Positions 1-14,494 of a stretch of DNA of 64,000 nucleotides are shown here, in pieces; positions within the stretch are counted from its first letter, which is position 1, and each line of letters begins with the position of its first letter. The notes under the pieces were generated by a model, which ran no database searches, had not been told where the DNA came from, and worked only from the letters and a program-made list of their open reading frames with translations. Source of the stretch: Octopus vulgaris (Eukaryota); assembly GCA_951406725.2 (NCBI GenBank), contig OX597818.1, positions 69,998,001-70,062,000 of the forward strand, written 5' to 3'. Both the position numbers and the translations under genes were made by a program.

Positions 1-354
1 ATACACACACACACTTCTCTTTTTTCACGACAAACTAAAAATCAATAATTTGTAGAGATTAATTAACAAATGCTTCCTTCAACATTCAGGTCCTTTCTTT
101 GTTTTATTTCCACTTATAACCCCTTTTTTTTCATGTAATTTGCAACTGTAAATACACACACACAGTTATGCACAAGCACACACTCTCATCATGCCGGTAA
201 AAGAGGAAGAATATAGATGTATGTACGTGTGCACACGTGTGTCTTTGTGTGAGTGTGTCTGCCTCTGTGTGTATGTGTGCGTGTGTGTTCGTTTTTGTGA
301 AACCAATGAAAATGTAGAATAGAAATGTGTGTATATGTTTATGCATGCTGACAA

Positions 355-396
<42 letters not shown>

Positions 397-468
397 GCAT
401 ACTTATAAATATATTATATATACATATAAGCATTATATATATGCATCTATATTGTGTGTGTATGTATG

Positions 469-499
<31 letters not shown>

Positions 500-890
500 T
501 TTATATATATATGTATGTGTATATATAATGTATATTTATATATGTATGTGTATATATAATGTATATTTATATATGTATGTATATATATTTATTTATATAT
601 ATATATATGTGTATGTGTATATATAATGTATATTTATATATACATGTATATATGTGTGTGTATATTTATATATGTGTATGTATGTGTATATATAATGTAT
701 ATTTATATATGTATATATATGTATGTGTATGTGTATATATGTGTATGTATGTGTGTTTGTATATACGTATATATATATATATATATATGTATACATATAT
801 GTAAATATGTATATATGTGTCTGTATATGTGTATATATATATATATCTGTGTGTGTATGCATGTGTATATATATATTTATATATATATAC
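355..890. repeat. (CA)n followed by compound (TA)/(TG) microsatellite
   Basis: Directly visible dinucleotide arrays; they explain the overlapping Y/I/C/V/M ORFs at 131-994. Confidence 0.95.
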
Positions 891-1401
891 ATCTTCATTT
901 TTATATCGAAGCACTTTTATTTACTTATATACACCATCAAGCATTCGCTATATTGACAAATAACCACAATCTATTGCGGTGGAATTCCGTCTGAAATCCA
1001 CTGCAGGACTTGGCTGGTACTTTACTTTATTGGTCCCAGATAACTGGAAGTTTAAGCCAACATAGATGAGATTTGAGCACAAAATACTGAGCACTTTGAG
1101 TCATTGGTAATTCCCACAATTATGAATAATAACTGCTTCAAATATAGGCAAAGGATCTAAAATTTTAAGGGTCGGGGAAATCTATTTCATGAATTCTTAT
1201 ATCTTACTGGTTCTTGATTTAATTGACCCCAAAACTGTGAAAGGCAAGTTTGACCTTGGTGTGGTTTGAACTCAGAGTGTAAGGGCATACCACAAGGCAT
1301 TTTACTGAAAACTCTAATGAAGCAGCCACTTAACAACTCTTAGCAATAATAATATTAATTAGTAGTAGTTGTAGTAGTAGTATCATCATAATCATCATCC
1401 T

Positions 1402-1604
1402 TTCTGTTATAAGCACAAGGCCTGAAATGTTGTGGGGGGGGGTAAGTCGATTACGTTGACCCTAATGTGCAACTGGTACTTATTTTATTGACTCCGAAAG
1501 AATGAATGGCAAAGTTGACCTCAGAGGCATTTGAACTCAGAACATAAATATGGACAAACTGCTGCTAAGCATTCCACCCAGCATGCTAATGGTTCTGCCA
1601 GCTC
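1402..1604 (-). mobile_element. tRNA-derived SINE, Meta-domain-like family (decayed copy)
   Basis: The reverse complement has head GAGCTGGCAGAA, B-box GAGTTCAAAT and core GGTCAACTTTGCC.TTCAT.CTTTCGG.GTCAATAAAATAAGTACCAG, matching intact copies at 35628 and 47688. Further decayed minus copies lie near 1135-1330, 2050-2190, 2755-2900, 11715-11900 and 12080-12270. Confidence 0.75.
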
Positions 1605-2199
1605 AATAATAATAATAATAATAATAATAATGACAAAAACAACAATATTAAAAATAGTTTCTAAATCCATAGTGGCTGTGGTTAATAATGTTGGTTATAT
1701 CTATCCCTTGGCCTTACATGTTATTTTCTTTCAATGAATCAAGGATGGTGCAAAGAAAAGTGAAACCAGTTGGGATTTGAACTCAGGACTTAAAGTGCTG
1801 CAACTAAATACTGCAGGACATATTTAGTCTGGCACTTTACCAACTCTATTATGTTTGTATGCCAACCAGACACCTGAGGTCACGATGGCACTGCTACAGC
1901 TCCGTCGACCATTTAGGGCCCAAGGCAAAGCAATTCAACATTCCGACACCCTAGATGAATACTTACATTAAATGATAATCTATGATGATAATAATAATAA
2001 TTTCCAAGAGTCTAATTTGTTCTGCTTATATGAAATAGTAGTAATAATAGGTCTGCAATTTTGAGGGGAAGGGTTTAATTAATAAAAGGCAAGGCTGACT
2101 GGAGCAAGATTTGAACTCAGAATGTAAAGAACCAGAACCTATACAGTCAGGCATTTTGTCTGATGCTCTGACGATTCAGCCAAACCAGTGCCTCAATAA

Positions 2200-2362
2200 A
2201 AAATAATAAAAATCATAATCATAATAAAAATAATAATAATCATAATCATAATAATAATAATAATAATAATCATAATCATAATAATAATAATAATAATAAT
2301 CATAATCATAATAATAATAATCATAATCATAATCATAATAATAATAATAATAATCATAATAA
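2200..2362. repeat. (TAA)n/(TAATCA)n microsatellite
   Basis: Directly visible; source of the poly-Y/D ORF 2176-2550. Confidence 0.95.
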
Positions 2363-3730
2363 TTTCTTCTCTGTGACATGGGGGTATTAGATGATGAGAA
2401 CATTATAAGAATGGTTTCAATCTGTAGGTGTTTGCATAAAGTCATACGAGGAAGAAAAGAAGTGGTGGAGTGGAGCAGAAGAGGAAATAGAAAGTAAAAG
2501 TAGAATACAAAATACATGAATAATAGAAAAGGGGCTATAATTGGGGCCAATCAAGGAACACCTTTACATCCAAGATCACTCAGACCACAAAAGGTATGAG
2601 CTTTCCTCCAAATATTGTTCTCCAACCTCCAGGTGCATGCTTAAATTTAACTCCGTTCACTCTCACCATTTTCACTACAATCACCAGAAGGGAGCAATCC
2701 CTTATGATGATGATAAAGATGATGTTGATGATGATGACGACAATGATGATTTCACTTTTTGGCACAAGACCAGATATTCTGAGGGGTGGGGTGGAAGTTG
2801 AATACATTGACCCCAGTGCTTGACTGGTATTTATTTATCAGCAGAATTTGAATTCAGAATGTAACGACTCTGAAGAAATGCCACTTGGCCTTTTGTCCAG
2901 GACCCTGTCTACATCTAAAATTCATGCAATATGTACTGTGCAAATTGTAGAGAGTCTATTTTGACTGTCTCCACCCTCTTCTTTACAAACATGTGACATT
3001 CTACTGTCAAATTTGGTATTCATTGTTCTTGTTGTTATTGTTTTTTAACCCCAGGTAAGCCCTGATCAGACTTATGACTAAAGATATCTGGCTGCATCTT
3101 CCTTTTTTTTAAGAGGTGTACCCCTATAGTTACTTTGCTCCTCTGCAATCTCAAATCTAATGTGATCCCTACTTTTTCCTGTTTAGCATCCTTAATACTT
3201 TTCATCTTCTTTGTTCTCAACACTCAACTATGATGCTACCCTCACTACCCCCCTCCAGCAGCCACCCACCTGTAGTAGTCCTGATGTTGTGAATCAAATT
3301 TCTCATAATACACACTGTAAACACTGTATACTTGTCCAGTGTAGACTTCACTTCTTAAAACAGTAGGTAGTGAACTGAAGAAGATTTGGCTGCTATTTCT
3401 AGCAAGTCAGAGTGACTGTGTAAAAACTTTCTTAATGGGTTGATGTCAATTGCTGTTGTTGTTTAACCCCTGCTCATCCTCGGGCCCTCCACTTATGACC
3501 AAACCTTCTGATGCTGTTTTTTAAAAGTGCAAGGGACATTTGGCTGTGAATAACTAAAATTAAGATTTTCAAATAACTTTTACTTTTATTGCTAAATATA
3601 TCCACTTCTCCATAAAATGAAAGATCACCACCATCATCGTCATCATCCTAATCTTCATCATAATTACCATTATAATCAATATTATCGTCATTATCATCTT
3701 CACCATCATCACTCCTGTTAGGTGTCAATA

Positions 3731-3960
3731 TTACTTCAAAAGACATAACTGGTTCAGTGTCATGTGATACATGGGACAACGAGGATCAGAAAACATTTCA
3801 ATAACCAGAAGTATTTTGTCATATTTATTAATAGAAAACAATTGCAGGAATTGAAATCTCCAGTCTCTGGCTCTCACACCTCTGGGGAGAATGGTACCCC
3901 AGCTTTTAAGTATCTCATTTGACATAGACATTATGTTCTTGGCTTGTCACATCAAAATGT
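3731..3960 (-). mobile_element. possible decayed restriction-like endonuclease (RLE) fragment of an R2-group (HERO-like) retrotransposon
   Basis: The translation GTILPRGVRARDW...INKYDKILLVIEMFSDP loosely resembles the GT.P...PD.V...K...IEL..P RLE pattern; the PD motif is lost. Confidence 0.3.
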
Positions 3961-5029
3961 AGGTCTCCCATATTTCATTCTTTGTGGACCTTAAGGTGTT
4001 CCAATTATGTTTATCAGAAATTGTTATTGTTGCTGTGGTGGTGGTGGTGGTGGTGGTGGTGGTGGTGGTGGTAGTGGTGAGTGTGGATTAGACTGTCGAT
4101 GAATGAGGAGTGGAGGTCACCTAAAACTGAGCGATGGAATTCACTCAAGTTTTAATCCAAACTTCACCTGTTTTTGTCTCACTTATGTTACTAGTGTCCT
4201 TGAGAAAGGCATGTGCATCTCAGAATCTTCTTATCTTTTCCAGTACACCGTAAGAGCTTAAGTTTGTTATGGTTTTCATTATCCATCAGTCAAATTAATC
4301 ATTATTATCTCTAATTAAGGTAATGACTTATCTCTAATTAAGTTGATGTTTTATCTCTAATTAAAGGAAAGTCGAGCAATTATTGTTGTTGTAGTTGTTT
4401 AACCCCAGAGTCAGCAGAAACTGAGCAGCCCAGAAATGAAATCCAGTCCATTTCATGACCACCCTGTCCTTTTATAGATCTAGTACTATATCTAATGTGT
4501 CCTTTAGTAAAAATAGTTCAGAAAAATTTGAAGTCCAGGCAACAGAAGCACATAGAGACATCCTCATTTGCAATACTTTTTGTACATTAATCCCTTAACA
4601 CAAAAGTATTCAAGCTGGGACTTGAACTCAGCACTCGAGTTTCACAAAAACACAAGTCAGTCTTTAAATGAGTGGCAAGGTTGTTTAAGAGACCATGCTT
4701 CACTTCTTTAGCCATTTAAATTGTTGGGGTCTGAAAAGGATTATCAGTGAGCCTTAACTCAATCCAGTGTGGTACCAGTGGCAGGATGGAATGCTGGTCC
4801 ATCTTCTACTGCAACACCAATGGAGTTGTTTACTAAATTTCATTTTGTAAAAATTATAAACAAAAGAGGGAAAAGCCATAAACTTTTCTTCTACGTCGTT
4901 AATTTTTGATTTAGCTGCCCAGTGATATGATTACATGTTTTGCTATTCTGTAAACATATTTACCTATCTGCCACTCCATCAATACTTCCACTTTTTTTGT
5001 CTTTCTATTTCACTACTCTACCTGTCAAT

Positions 5030-5066
5030 CTGTCTATCTGTCTACCTATCCATTTATCTATCTGCA

Positions 5067-5163
<97 letters not shown>

Positions 5164-5195
5164 GTATATCTATCTATCTATCGATTGATATATCT

Positions 5196-5240
<45 letters not shown>

Positions 5241-5248
5241 TATCTATT

Positions 5249-5301
<53 letters not shown>

Positions 5302-5321
5302 CCTATCTATCTGATCTCTCT

Positions 5322-5385
<64 letters not shown>
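5030..5385. repeat. (CTAT)n and (CT)n microsatellites
   Basis: Directly visible; source of the YLSI ORFs. Confidence 0.95.
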
Positions 5386-5390
<5 letters not shown>

Positions 5391-8300
5391 TACTTTTACC
5401 CATTCCTGTATCTCTGTCTTTGCTGGAGTGACACAATAGATTAAATTAATTCCAGTATTTAATACAAGCATTTTATTGACTACCCATTCACCTTATGATT
5501 GAAGGCAAAGTTGATCCCAAATCTCTAAGGGGATTTGGGGTCATCACCCCTTCAATTTTTCTCTTCATCTGATTTTATGTAAATTCTCCACACAAATTCT
5601 TGCCTGTTTTATAATGTCTTCTTCATCTGATGCCCTTGTGGCAAATAAAAATCATCATCACCACCATCGTTGTCATCACCATCATCATCAGTTCTTCAGT
5701 GTTGCCCATCAAATGACAAGTAACCTTAGAAGTATATACTTTTGCCACCTTGCATAATATCAAGAAATACAGCATCCACACAATAATTATTACTTTATTT
5801 TTATCAAATTATAGAAAAATGATGACATAAATACAAATTTTCTAAAGAAAATATCTTTATTAGCTTCAAATAAAATTAAATAAAACAAATTTTTCAAGTG
5901 TGTCACTCCTACCATGACCACTCTGTCATTTGCTCCCTCTCCTCCTGCTGTGACTCTGATTCTTTCTCTCTCACTCTGTGTGTGTGTGTGTGTGTGTGTG
6001 ACTTTACTTTATTGATTGTCTGCCACCAAGCTTAGCATGTGCTCTCTCTTTCTCGCCCTTTATGTTAACTCTCTTTCTATCTCTCTCTCTCTCTCACTCT
6101 GTACTATGTAAAGTATGACTGGAGAGTCGACCAACCAACATTGACATCATCATTATTATTACCTCCATCATCATAATTATTATTATTCTCGTTATCATTA
6201 TTTCAGTCACAATAGTTTACTTTTGAAAGACAGTTAAATAAACAGATAAATTGCAACACCACCACCACCACCAATGAGAAATTGTTAATTATGTTGGGCT
6301 CCAGTTCTGTAATTAATTTAATGATGCTGCCAGACGGATGTAAAGAAATTCTTGTCCACTGTAGGATTTGAACTCACAATACAGCAATATGATACTAAAA
6401 CGTTTAGACCAGCATCTTGCTATTTTTACTACTCTTCTACCCATTAGATGCATAATATTGATTGCTTTTTTAATGAGATGACAGGCTTGTTTTTGTTGTT
6501 TTCTAAATGAAGAGTTGTTTAATATTAATCCAGTCTCTGAAAATTAGTTCCATTTATGAAAAGTCCTGGTCCGATATTTGAACCTGGAACACCCAACAAG
6601 GGGATTGCATTAGAAGCACAAGTAAATTTAGCTGAGTAAATATTTCAGGTTTTGTTGGAGGTACAGCTGCACTCGTCACTTTTCAGGATCAAAGTAAATA
6701 GGGTCCATCAAAAGGGTTAGTAGGGGTGGGAGTTAGTCATTACTGACTTTCAGGGGGAAAACTGAAAGGAATCGAGATGTTTCTGCCCTTTAAATAATAA
6801 TGGGAGTCACAAAAGAAGCTGACCCTGATGGAAAGTGAGACATTGTCACCCTTTAAATAACATGGGAAGAAAGGATAGTGAGATGCGGGAAGAGAAAATC
6901 AGTGTGGGGGCAAGGCAGGTGGGGCCAGGGAGCTTGTGCCCCTTTGCTTTTCAGTAAGCGTTACCAATAATGTAAGACTGTGCTTCTACATAGGTATTAC
7001 ACCCAGGTAGAAATAGCAGTGAAATCTACCTCAGATCACAACATGCAAAAGTAATAATGAGTCTTGTACAACATATTCAAAGAGAGAATCTGTAAAATAA
7101 TAAGTTAAACAAATAAATAAATAAAAGAAGGGATGGTCACAAATGAAAAGATTTAGATTCAATGTCTACTTGACTAGTGATGGCCTGGCTCTAGACAACA
7201 GTAATTTTTGAGTGTAGCTATATGAAAAACACTCAATTTATAGCAATTCAATAACCGTCCAACCCATGCCAGCATGGAAAACAGACATGAATTGATGATG
7301 ATCATCATCATAATCATAGCTACAGGGGTGTTTTAGTAACATCAAGTTAGTTCTAAATGTTGTTGTATTGCACAATAGACACACAGCTGAGCTAATAGCT
7401 TTTTGAAACAACAAGCAGGTTTCAATCCCTGATAGAAAACATTTCACATAAAATTTTCTTTTTTTTTTTGCATTGCTTTTAGTCTTTAGAATTCTACACA
7501 ATCACATTCTAACCCTTAATAACTTTGTCTCCAGGATGCTAGTTTCCTAAAATTTTAATAAAATTAATATTTGATGCTTTTTGGAGGTAAATGTTGTGCT
7601 GTAGTCCTTATCAATATCATCAGAAGCATCACTATCATTGCAGTCATCGTCATCATCATCATCATCGTTATCATCATCATTGTCATTATCATCATTTCTC
7701 GCATCCCATGACTTATCATATAACATATCCAGTAGCATTTTACAAGTTATTAAATATTACAGAAGTTACAAAATTTTGTCTTTGAGGCCCTTTCAATTAT
7801 ACCATAACCCATGAGCTGGGAGACACTGGGCTAGACTATAACATGAAGGTCACATAATGTCGTTTGTACTCTTAGATATGTATAGGCAAAATGCTGAATC
7901 TTCAGATTTTGTGTCAAATCCATGATGTCCCAGATAAAATATCAAAACATCCTGCCCCTTCTTCCTAAACTCCCACACAATGCACAGAATATTTCTTCTC
8001 CACCCCAGCTTTTAATAACCTCAATTACATATTGTTTTTTAAGATCACCTTCTACGCAAATTTCAAAGTTATTTCTCACTCTTTCCGCAACTCTCACCCT
8101 CCCATACATTCTTACAACTTCTCCCCAATCAAACATCTAGTTCTACTCCTCTCACCCCTTCACTTCTATTCCCCTCATACTTTGAGGGTCTGCATAAACA
8201 TTTCATCTCTACTATTTTATCTCTTCTTCCTTGTTCCACCCTCTCCAGCAAAAAATTCCTTTTGCTTTGATCTCTTCTCTCAAACTCAAACCCCTCATCT

Positions 8301-10029
8301 CCTAGCATAAAACCTCCTCTCTCAAGGTCCATAGTATGCTCACCTCACAAGTGACGAGGGCATGAAAAGCACACGTAGTACACAGTGACAGTGTAATGTG
8401 GTTGCCTTTATGAAGAGAGACCAGCCATAGAATCTATGCCACAGCAAATAAATGAAACCTGAAGCTTGGACCTGTTGGGTTCTGTCAAACCTTGCAACCC
8501 ATGTCAGAAAAGGTCAAAAAACTAAAGCCATTCTTAGCCAGTGAGGCCTGAAGATGGTTACAACAGAGACTGGACAGAAATTAATTGACTTTAATATTAC
8601 CAAGAATGCTACTCCAAAGATCCAATCTTTATTGGTGTAATAATGCTAATAATAACATCTACAGACATTGTTCTACAAATTCTTTAAAATAAATAGTTTA
8701 AAACCATTTACTGTAAGTTTATTTTGGACTGTACATTTCTTCCTAATTAGTGAAAATGGAGAAGAAAGATAAAAAAAGAAACAAAGAATTAAAAAAAAAA
8801 CGTTCTCTTTATCACATTATCTGTTGGTGAAATGTTTTCTTTTCTTTTGTTGTTTGTTTACTTTTTCATTTACTACTTCCATTGATTACCCTCTGCCCTT
8901 ATACTAATTGCCTGTGTCCAATCTCTCGCACACAATCTCTCTCTCTCTCTCTCCTCATTATCTCTCTTTCTCTCTAACTCATACGTATGTATGTATGTAT
9001 GTATGTATGTCTCTCTTTCTCTCTCTTATCTATCTTTAAATGTCTATGTTGGCATCATTGTATATCTTTGCCTCTCTCTCTCTCTTTATCTGTGTGTCTT
9101 TACTTCTATGTCTCTGTCTTTCAATTAATTGGGAAGACACAAGGCCAAGTGATTAATGCTGGGCTCTCAGCCGTGAGGACGTGTGTTCGATTTCTGGGCC
9201 AGGCGGCTTATTGTGTCCTTGAGCAAGACTCTTCATTTCACACAGCTCCTTTTCCCTTGGTCAACCACTGTCTAGCCCTTTCTCCTTCCACATGTCACAT
9301 CCTCAATATTCAGCTGGGGTCAAAGGTAGACAGAGGGTAGGGATGAGCAGGAGGGTATTTGTGTCAGCTCACAACTACATCCCTACTCAAAACACTGAGT
9401 AAACGCAGGTACCTGCTACCCTCTCATATTCATTTGTGACTGATATTTGTAGTAGATTTATATCAGTTAATGAACCTGCCTCTCTGCCACCCCCACCCCA
9501 CTATCTACTCTACCCACCTACCTGCTTTTATTGTATATAAATACATTTACATTCTGTTAGAGAAAAATCTTCCCTTTATTTTGTTTTATTTGACAGATCA
9601 CTTCTAAAATTATTTTAATGAAATTTCTTTTCATTCTCATTTAATTAAATTATTTCATTAGTTATACATGCTATTTAAAATTTTTTTAATTTAAAAACCT
9701 GCTTCCAATCTTTCATCGATAGAAGAATTCATCTCTTTTGCCGTAAATATTTACCAAAAATTTATAATTTTCACTGAAATTACCTTTAGTGACTAATTTA
9801 AATTATTTATTTTTATTTTTTTTTTGTTGAAATGTTTTGCTGTTTATCAGTTATTAGTATTATTTAATAATAAATTGATAGTTTCTAAAATACTTCAGTA
9901 ACGAGTTCTATAATTAATGTGAGCTGTACAATACAGAGAAAACACTAATGTCTGGCTGAATAAATACATTGAGTAGATAACCAAGAAATTGGTAGTTCAA
10001 ACCTTGTTATAGGCACTGTGTTGTTGCAT

Positions 10030-10450
10030 TTGTTGTTTAACACCAGGCAAGCTCTGATTGGGCACACCTATGATCAAAGGTATTCCACCCATGACCACCT
10101 TTGTGTATAGTAGGACCTATCTTGTCCAATATCACCTTCATACTTGATTGTGCTTTGAAGGAAGTTTGATTTCATTTCTAGCAGGTTGAATAACCTCATA
10201 GAGTTTCCTTTGTGTTGTATGTCTAGAAGTTAGAACACCAAATTTTCAAACAACCAGGAAGTCAGCTCTCATCAAGCAGATATGTGATATAAGACATTCT
10301 ACTCATGCCCATCCATCCTGACTTTTCTTCAAGCATAAGTTTACCATCATTGAACATGGCCTTTTTTATAAAAACAAGATATGATTTAAGAGATATTTAA
10401 CTGTTATTTCTAGCCATTTCAATGATACACACAGGGTTCTCTGCTGACTC
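10030..10450 (+). repeat. interspersed ~200-bp repeat family (GTTGTTTAACCCCAGG...CTATGATCAAAGG.ATTCCA.CCATGACCA...GATTTGGCTGCTATTTCTAGCA), two tandem units
   Basis: The same motifs recur at about 3040, 3380-3500, 4395, 11030-11150, 13080-13220, 14860 and 32130-32310 (+), and at about 7010-7200, 51180-51350 and 53320-53660 (-). Confidence 0.7.
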
Positions 10451-10584
10451 AACAAATTGTATGTTAGCTTGGAGTGCTAAGTTCAATTCCTAGGCTATCT
10501 GGAGAAAAGCAATATGGATCTTCTCTGATGCATTCTTCCAAAACATTACCTTCAGACATGTTCCAGCCTCTCAATCACAGATAT

Positions 10585-10622
<38 letters not shown>

Positions 10623-12669
10623 CTTTTCTCTCTCTTCCTGCTCTTTTCATGACCCCTACAACTCACAGCAGCCCCTTGTTTCGTCTTCCCTTCATTCAAT
10701 TCCTCTCCATTCTGTAGAACATCAGATGAAAGAATGTTCTGTAGTTTTTAGTTACAACAATTTATAATCTATGTTTCAAATCCCACCAAATCCAATTTCA
10801 CCATTTATCCCTTCAAGGGATTCAAATGAAAAAAAAAAAAGTACCCGTAATACAGCTGTTGCAGGGGTTTTTTCTAAAATATAGATTCACTTTATGTGCA
10901 GTGGCATGACAGAAACCATGATATACTCAACTAAATCCCATAATAGCAGTGCTCCAGCATGGTCACAGCCCCATACCTAAAATCAATCATAAAAGAAAAG
11001 TAAAAACTTATGTTCAAGTGTTTTCCAGCCATGACCTTCACTGTTCATATTCACCTTTGATGTCTCCACAACTACAAACATCCTAAGATATTAAGATATG
11101 ATTTGAAGTATCATTTAGATGCTATTTCTAGCAGATCAAGTCACTTCATAGAGTTTACTATCATTAATGTTATTGTTGCTTGCCTCCTCCTCCTCCACCT
11201 CATGCTGGCCATTGTTGTTGCTCTTCTGATTGCCATTATTGATTTTTTTTTACTCTTGTTGTTGTTGTTGTTATTGATCTTTTTCCTGTTTGTTGCTGCT
11301 GCTTTCTTTTCTTTCTTTTCTCTCCTCGTTGTCCAATCGCTGTCATTGTAGTAATATCCGCTATCAGAAGGGCAATTCTAAAGTCAGCCTCAATGAGCAA
11401 GAGACCAACTGTACTCAGCCCACCTTCGTCTTAATCCTGGAACCGAGTACATATCACCTCTCCTCCTCTCCACACACACACACACTATCTCTCTCTCTTT
11501 CTCACTCCCCTACATATGTCAATATCTTTGAGGAGAATATCAGCCACCACTTCTCCTTATATTTGTAGTTGTGTAGGAAAGATAACTTCATGCAAATACT
11601 GAAACTAAAACATGATGTTGTGATGTTTATGATGTTCCCATTGGTATTAATTCTGTAAAAATACTGAAAGTGAATTAAAGGATAAACAACATACAATTAT
11701 TTTTTTTAATTTAGCAGAAGGCCAGAAATTTTGAGGGGAGGGAAGGAAATTCAATTACATTGCCCCCAGTAATTGGCTGGTACTTTATTTATTAACCCCA
11801 AAAGAGACAAAAGTCGACCTTAGTGAGATTTGAACTCAGAACATAGGAGAAATACTTCTCAGCCTTCTAACAATAGACTAAAGATTCTGTCAAGTTGCCA
11901 CTTACAAATTTTGACACAAAACCTGTAATTTTAGGGGGAGGGATTTTGTCCATTGTATCTCTTTCAGTACTTGACAGATACTTTATTTTATTGACCCCAA
12001 TCAACCCCAGCAGGTTTTGTACGGACAAAGCAAAGAGTTCTGACTAAATATTTTATCCAACAATAATAATAATTGTTTCCAATTTATACACAAAGCAAAT
12101 AAAATTTTTGAGGAAAGAGAACAATCAATTAAATTTAACACCCACCTCCCCACTACTTCGTTTATATTTTAATTAATCAACCCTGAAAGATGATAGACAC
12201 ACTTAACCTTGGTGGAATTTGAACACAGAGCAGAGATGGACAGCTTCCATAAAACATTTTGCTTACCATTCTTCTAATTATTTATTGATTTTACTATTAC
12301 CACAAATGTAACAGAGAGTGGAACATTATGTGATCAAAGCATGAAAGGGAACCATCGCTTAAGGCCAGTAGATCTTGAAATACTCTGATTACCAAGAGCA
12401 ATTGTCCTCTGTTACTCTCTGGCATAGAAGTATATGCTGAGCTTGGTATATTTACTCTCAGCTATCTTTGAATAAACTTACTGAAAGTTTACACTTTCCA
12501 CTTCGATTGGAACATGAAAAGACCTTTAAAGGTTTCATCAAACATTAAAGTGTCTTTTTTTTTCCAATCCCTGCTGTCAGTCATCAAACAGAAGAAAACT
12601 GCAGGCTACTCCCTGATCATTTATAAGAATCGGTGCAATAGACACAAAGTATTGTAGAATTCTAATTGT

Positions 12670-13065
12670 AGGCACAGGAGTGGCTGTGTGGTAAGTAGCT
12701 TGCTTATCAACCACATGGTGCTCGGTCCAGTCCCACTGCGAGGCACCTTGGACAAGTGTCTTCTACTATAGTCTAAGGCCGACCAAAGCCTTGTGAATGT
12801 TAGATGGAAACCGGAAGAAAGCCATCGTATATGTATATGTGTGTGTGTATATTTGTGTGTCTGTGTTTGTCCCTCCCCCCAAACGTCACTTGACAAGGGA
12901 TGCTGGTGTGTTTACATCCCCGTAACTTAGCAGTTCAGCTAAGAGACCGATAGAATAAGTACTAGGCTTACAAAGCATAAGCTCTGGGGTCGATTTGCTC
13001 GACTAAAGGCTGTACTCCAGTATGGCCACAGTCAAATAACTGAAACAAGTAAAAGAGTAAAGGAG
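12670..13065 (+). mobile_element. tRNA-derived CORE-like SINE, near full length
   Basis: tRNA-like head (GTGGCTGTGTGGTAAG...GTCCAGTCCC), CORE-like GGCACCTTGGACAAGTGTCTT, internal (TG)n, and tail CTCCAGTATGGCCACAGTCAAATAACTGAAACAAGTAAAAG. Relatives lie at 20150, 25435, 34650 and 53835. Confidence 0.8.
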
Positions 13066-13254
13066 AGAGTAAAGAGTACAGACTTATGATCAAAAGTATT
13101 CCAGTCAAGTCCATCCTTCCTTTGTAAAGGTACATTGGAATAAATTGATATGTCTCCCTATTTTTAAGATGGTAAAATATAATTTGGAGGAAATCGGGAT
13201 GCTATTTCTAACACTGAGTGACTGCATGCATAGAGGCCCACCTTTTGAATTATT

Positions 13255-13522
13255 AGAATACCACATAAAACGTGCCAGTGCCATATGAAAAGTACCTGTG
13301 TCTGTGCCACATAAGAAGCCCCTGTGCCAGTGCCACGTGATAAGCACCCATTACGCTTTGTAAAGTGGTTGACATGAGAAAAGATGTCCAGCTGTAGAAA
13401 CTATGCGAATACAGACAAATTGAGCTTGGTGCAGCCCTCCAGCTTACCAACTCCGATCAAACTGTCCAACCCATGCCAGCATGGAAAACAGACATTAAAT
13501 TATTGTGACGATGATGATGATG
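13255..13522 (+). mobile_element. RTE-tail SINE / RTE 3'UTR fragment with (GAT)n tail
   Basis: GCCACGTGATAAGCACCC...CCAGCTGTAGAAAC...TCCAACCCATGCCAGCATGGAAAACAGACATTAAA then (GAT)n. It has the same 3' end as the RTE at 34742-35554. Another copy lies at 14265-14440. Confidence 0.8.
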
Positions 13523-14438
13523 AAATCATTATTCATAGTATTAGGAACAACTACAGGAGTCTAACATACAGTTGTATTTATATATATATTCAATTGTAAG
13601 GTGAGGGCCCTACTTTAAAAAGCATAGAGAAACCAATGAAATCAGATTCAGCTACTTCATACGTAAACATATGACTCTGCAAACTCTCTATTTTCCTCAG
13701 ATTTAATCAAAACTACCTTGAAATCTTTTACTTTTTATTCCACACACTATTTTTAACTCTAAAACTTTATATTCTGAAAGATTATTAAATTCTTCAGGTT
13801 AACATTCTGATCAATGATTGATTGACATGTTGATTAACGATTAACGATTGGTTGACATGTTGATAAAGAGATTTTCTTTTTAACTCATCATCTCCAATGA
13901 CAATGTCTGAGTGCTTAATCTTAATTTAGCTTATATGATTACACAGACACACAGTTAACCATCAGACCTTTAATAGTATTCTGTGAATGTTTGTCTCCTT
14001 CAGCCTAACTTGTGTTATCTGTTCTAAACTTCTGTTATTTACATTCTTTCACAAAGGGTTTATTTTGTCCTGTGTCAGTGCATATGTAACCACATATTGT
14101 GCTTTAATGTGTGTGCATACATGCATAATTATACACACACACACGTATGTGTGTGTGTTGGGCCTCCCAGAGGCAATGACTAAGACCTTTGACATTATAT
14201 CATGCTTAATAAGAAGACCCATCAAGCCGAGCAATATCAGTCAGGACAGATACCGACATCACACAAATGGCACGTAAAAGCACCCATTACACTCTTGGAA
14301 TGGTTGGCATTAGGAAGGACATACAGCCATAGAAAACCATGCTGATCAGACTGGAGTCTGGTGCAGCTTTCCAGCTTACCAACACTGGTCAAACTGTCCA
14401 ACCCATGCCAGCATGGACAACGGACATTAAATGATGAT

Positions 14439-14494
<56 letters not shown>

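Noticed and set aside
131-994. Many overlapping ORFs (also 47064-47683, 54807-55205, 57520-58097)
   Set aside because: They are translations of TA/TG/CA microsatellites open in several frames and carry no protein signal.
7900-8340. Possible LINE ORF1 zinc knuckle (CALCGSLGRR)
   Set aside because: The His and final Cys are missing and there is no supporting neighbouring domain.
8545-8580. Further hammerhead-like strings (also 17233-17266, 40594, 63133-63173)
   Set aside because: Each lacks an intact GAAA or CUGANGA box, or lacks stems; they cannot be separated from chance without family consensus.
12482-12523. Possible 42-nt minus-strand exon (AG...GTAAGT)
   Set aside because: The polypyrimidine tract is weak, the peptide is unrecognisable and there are no partner exons.
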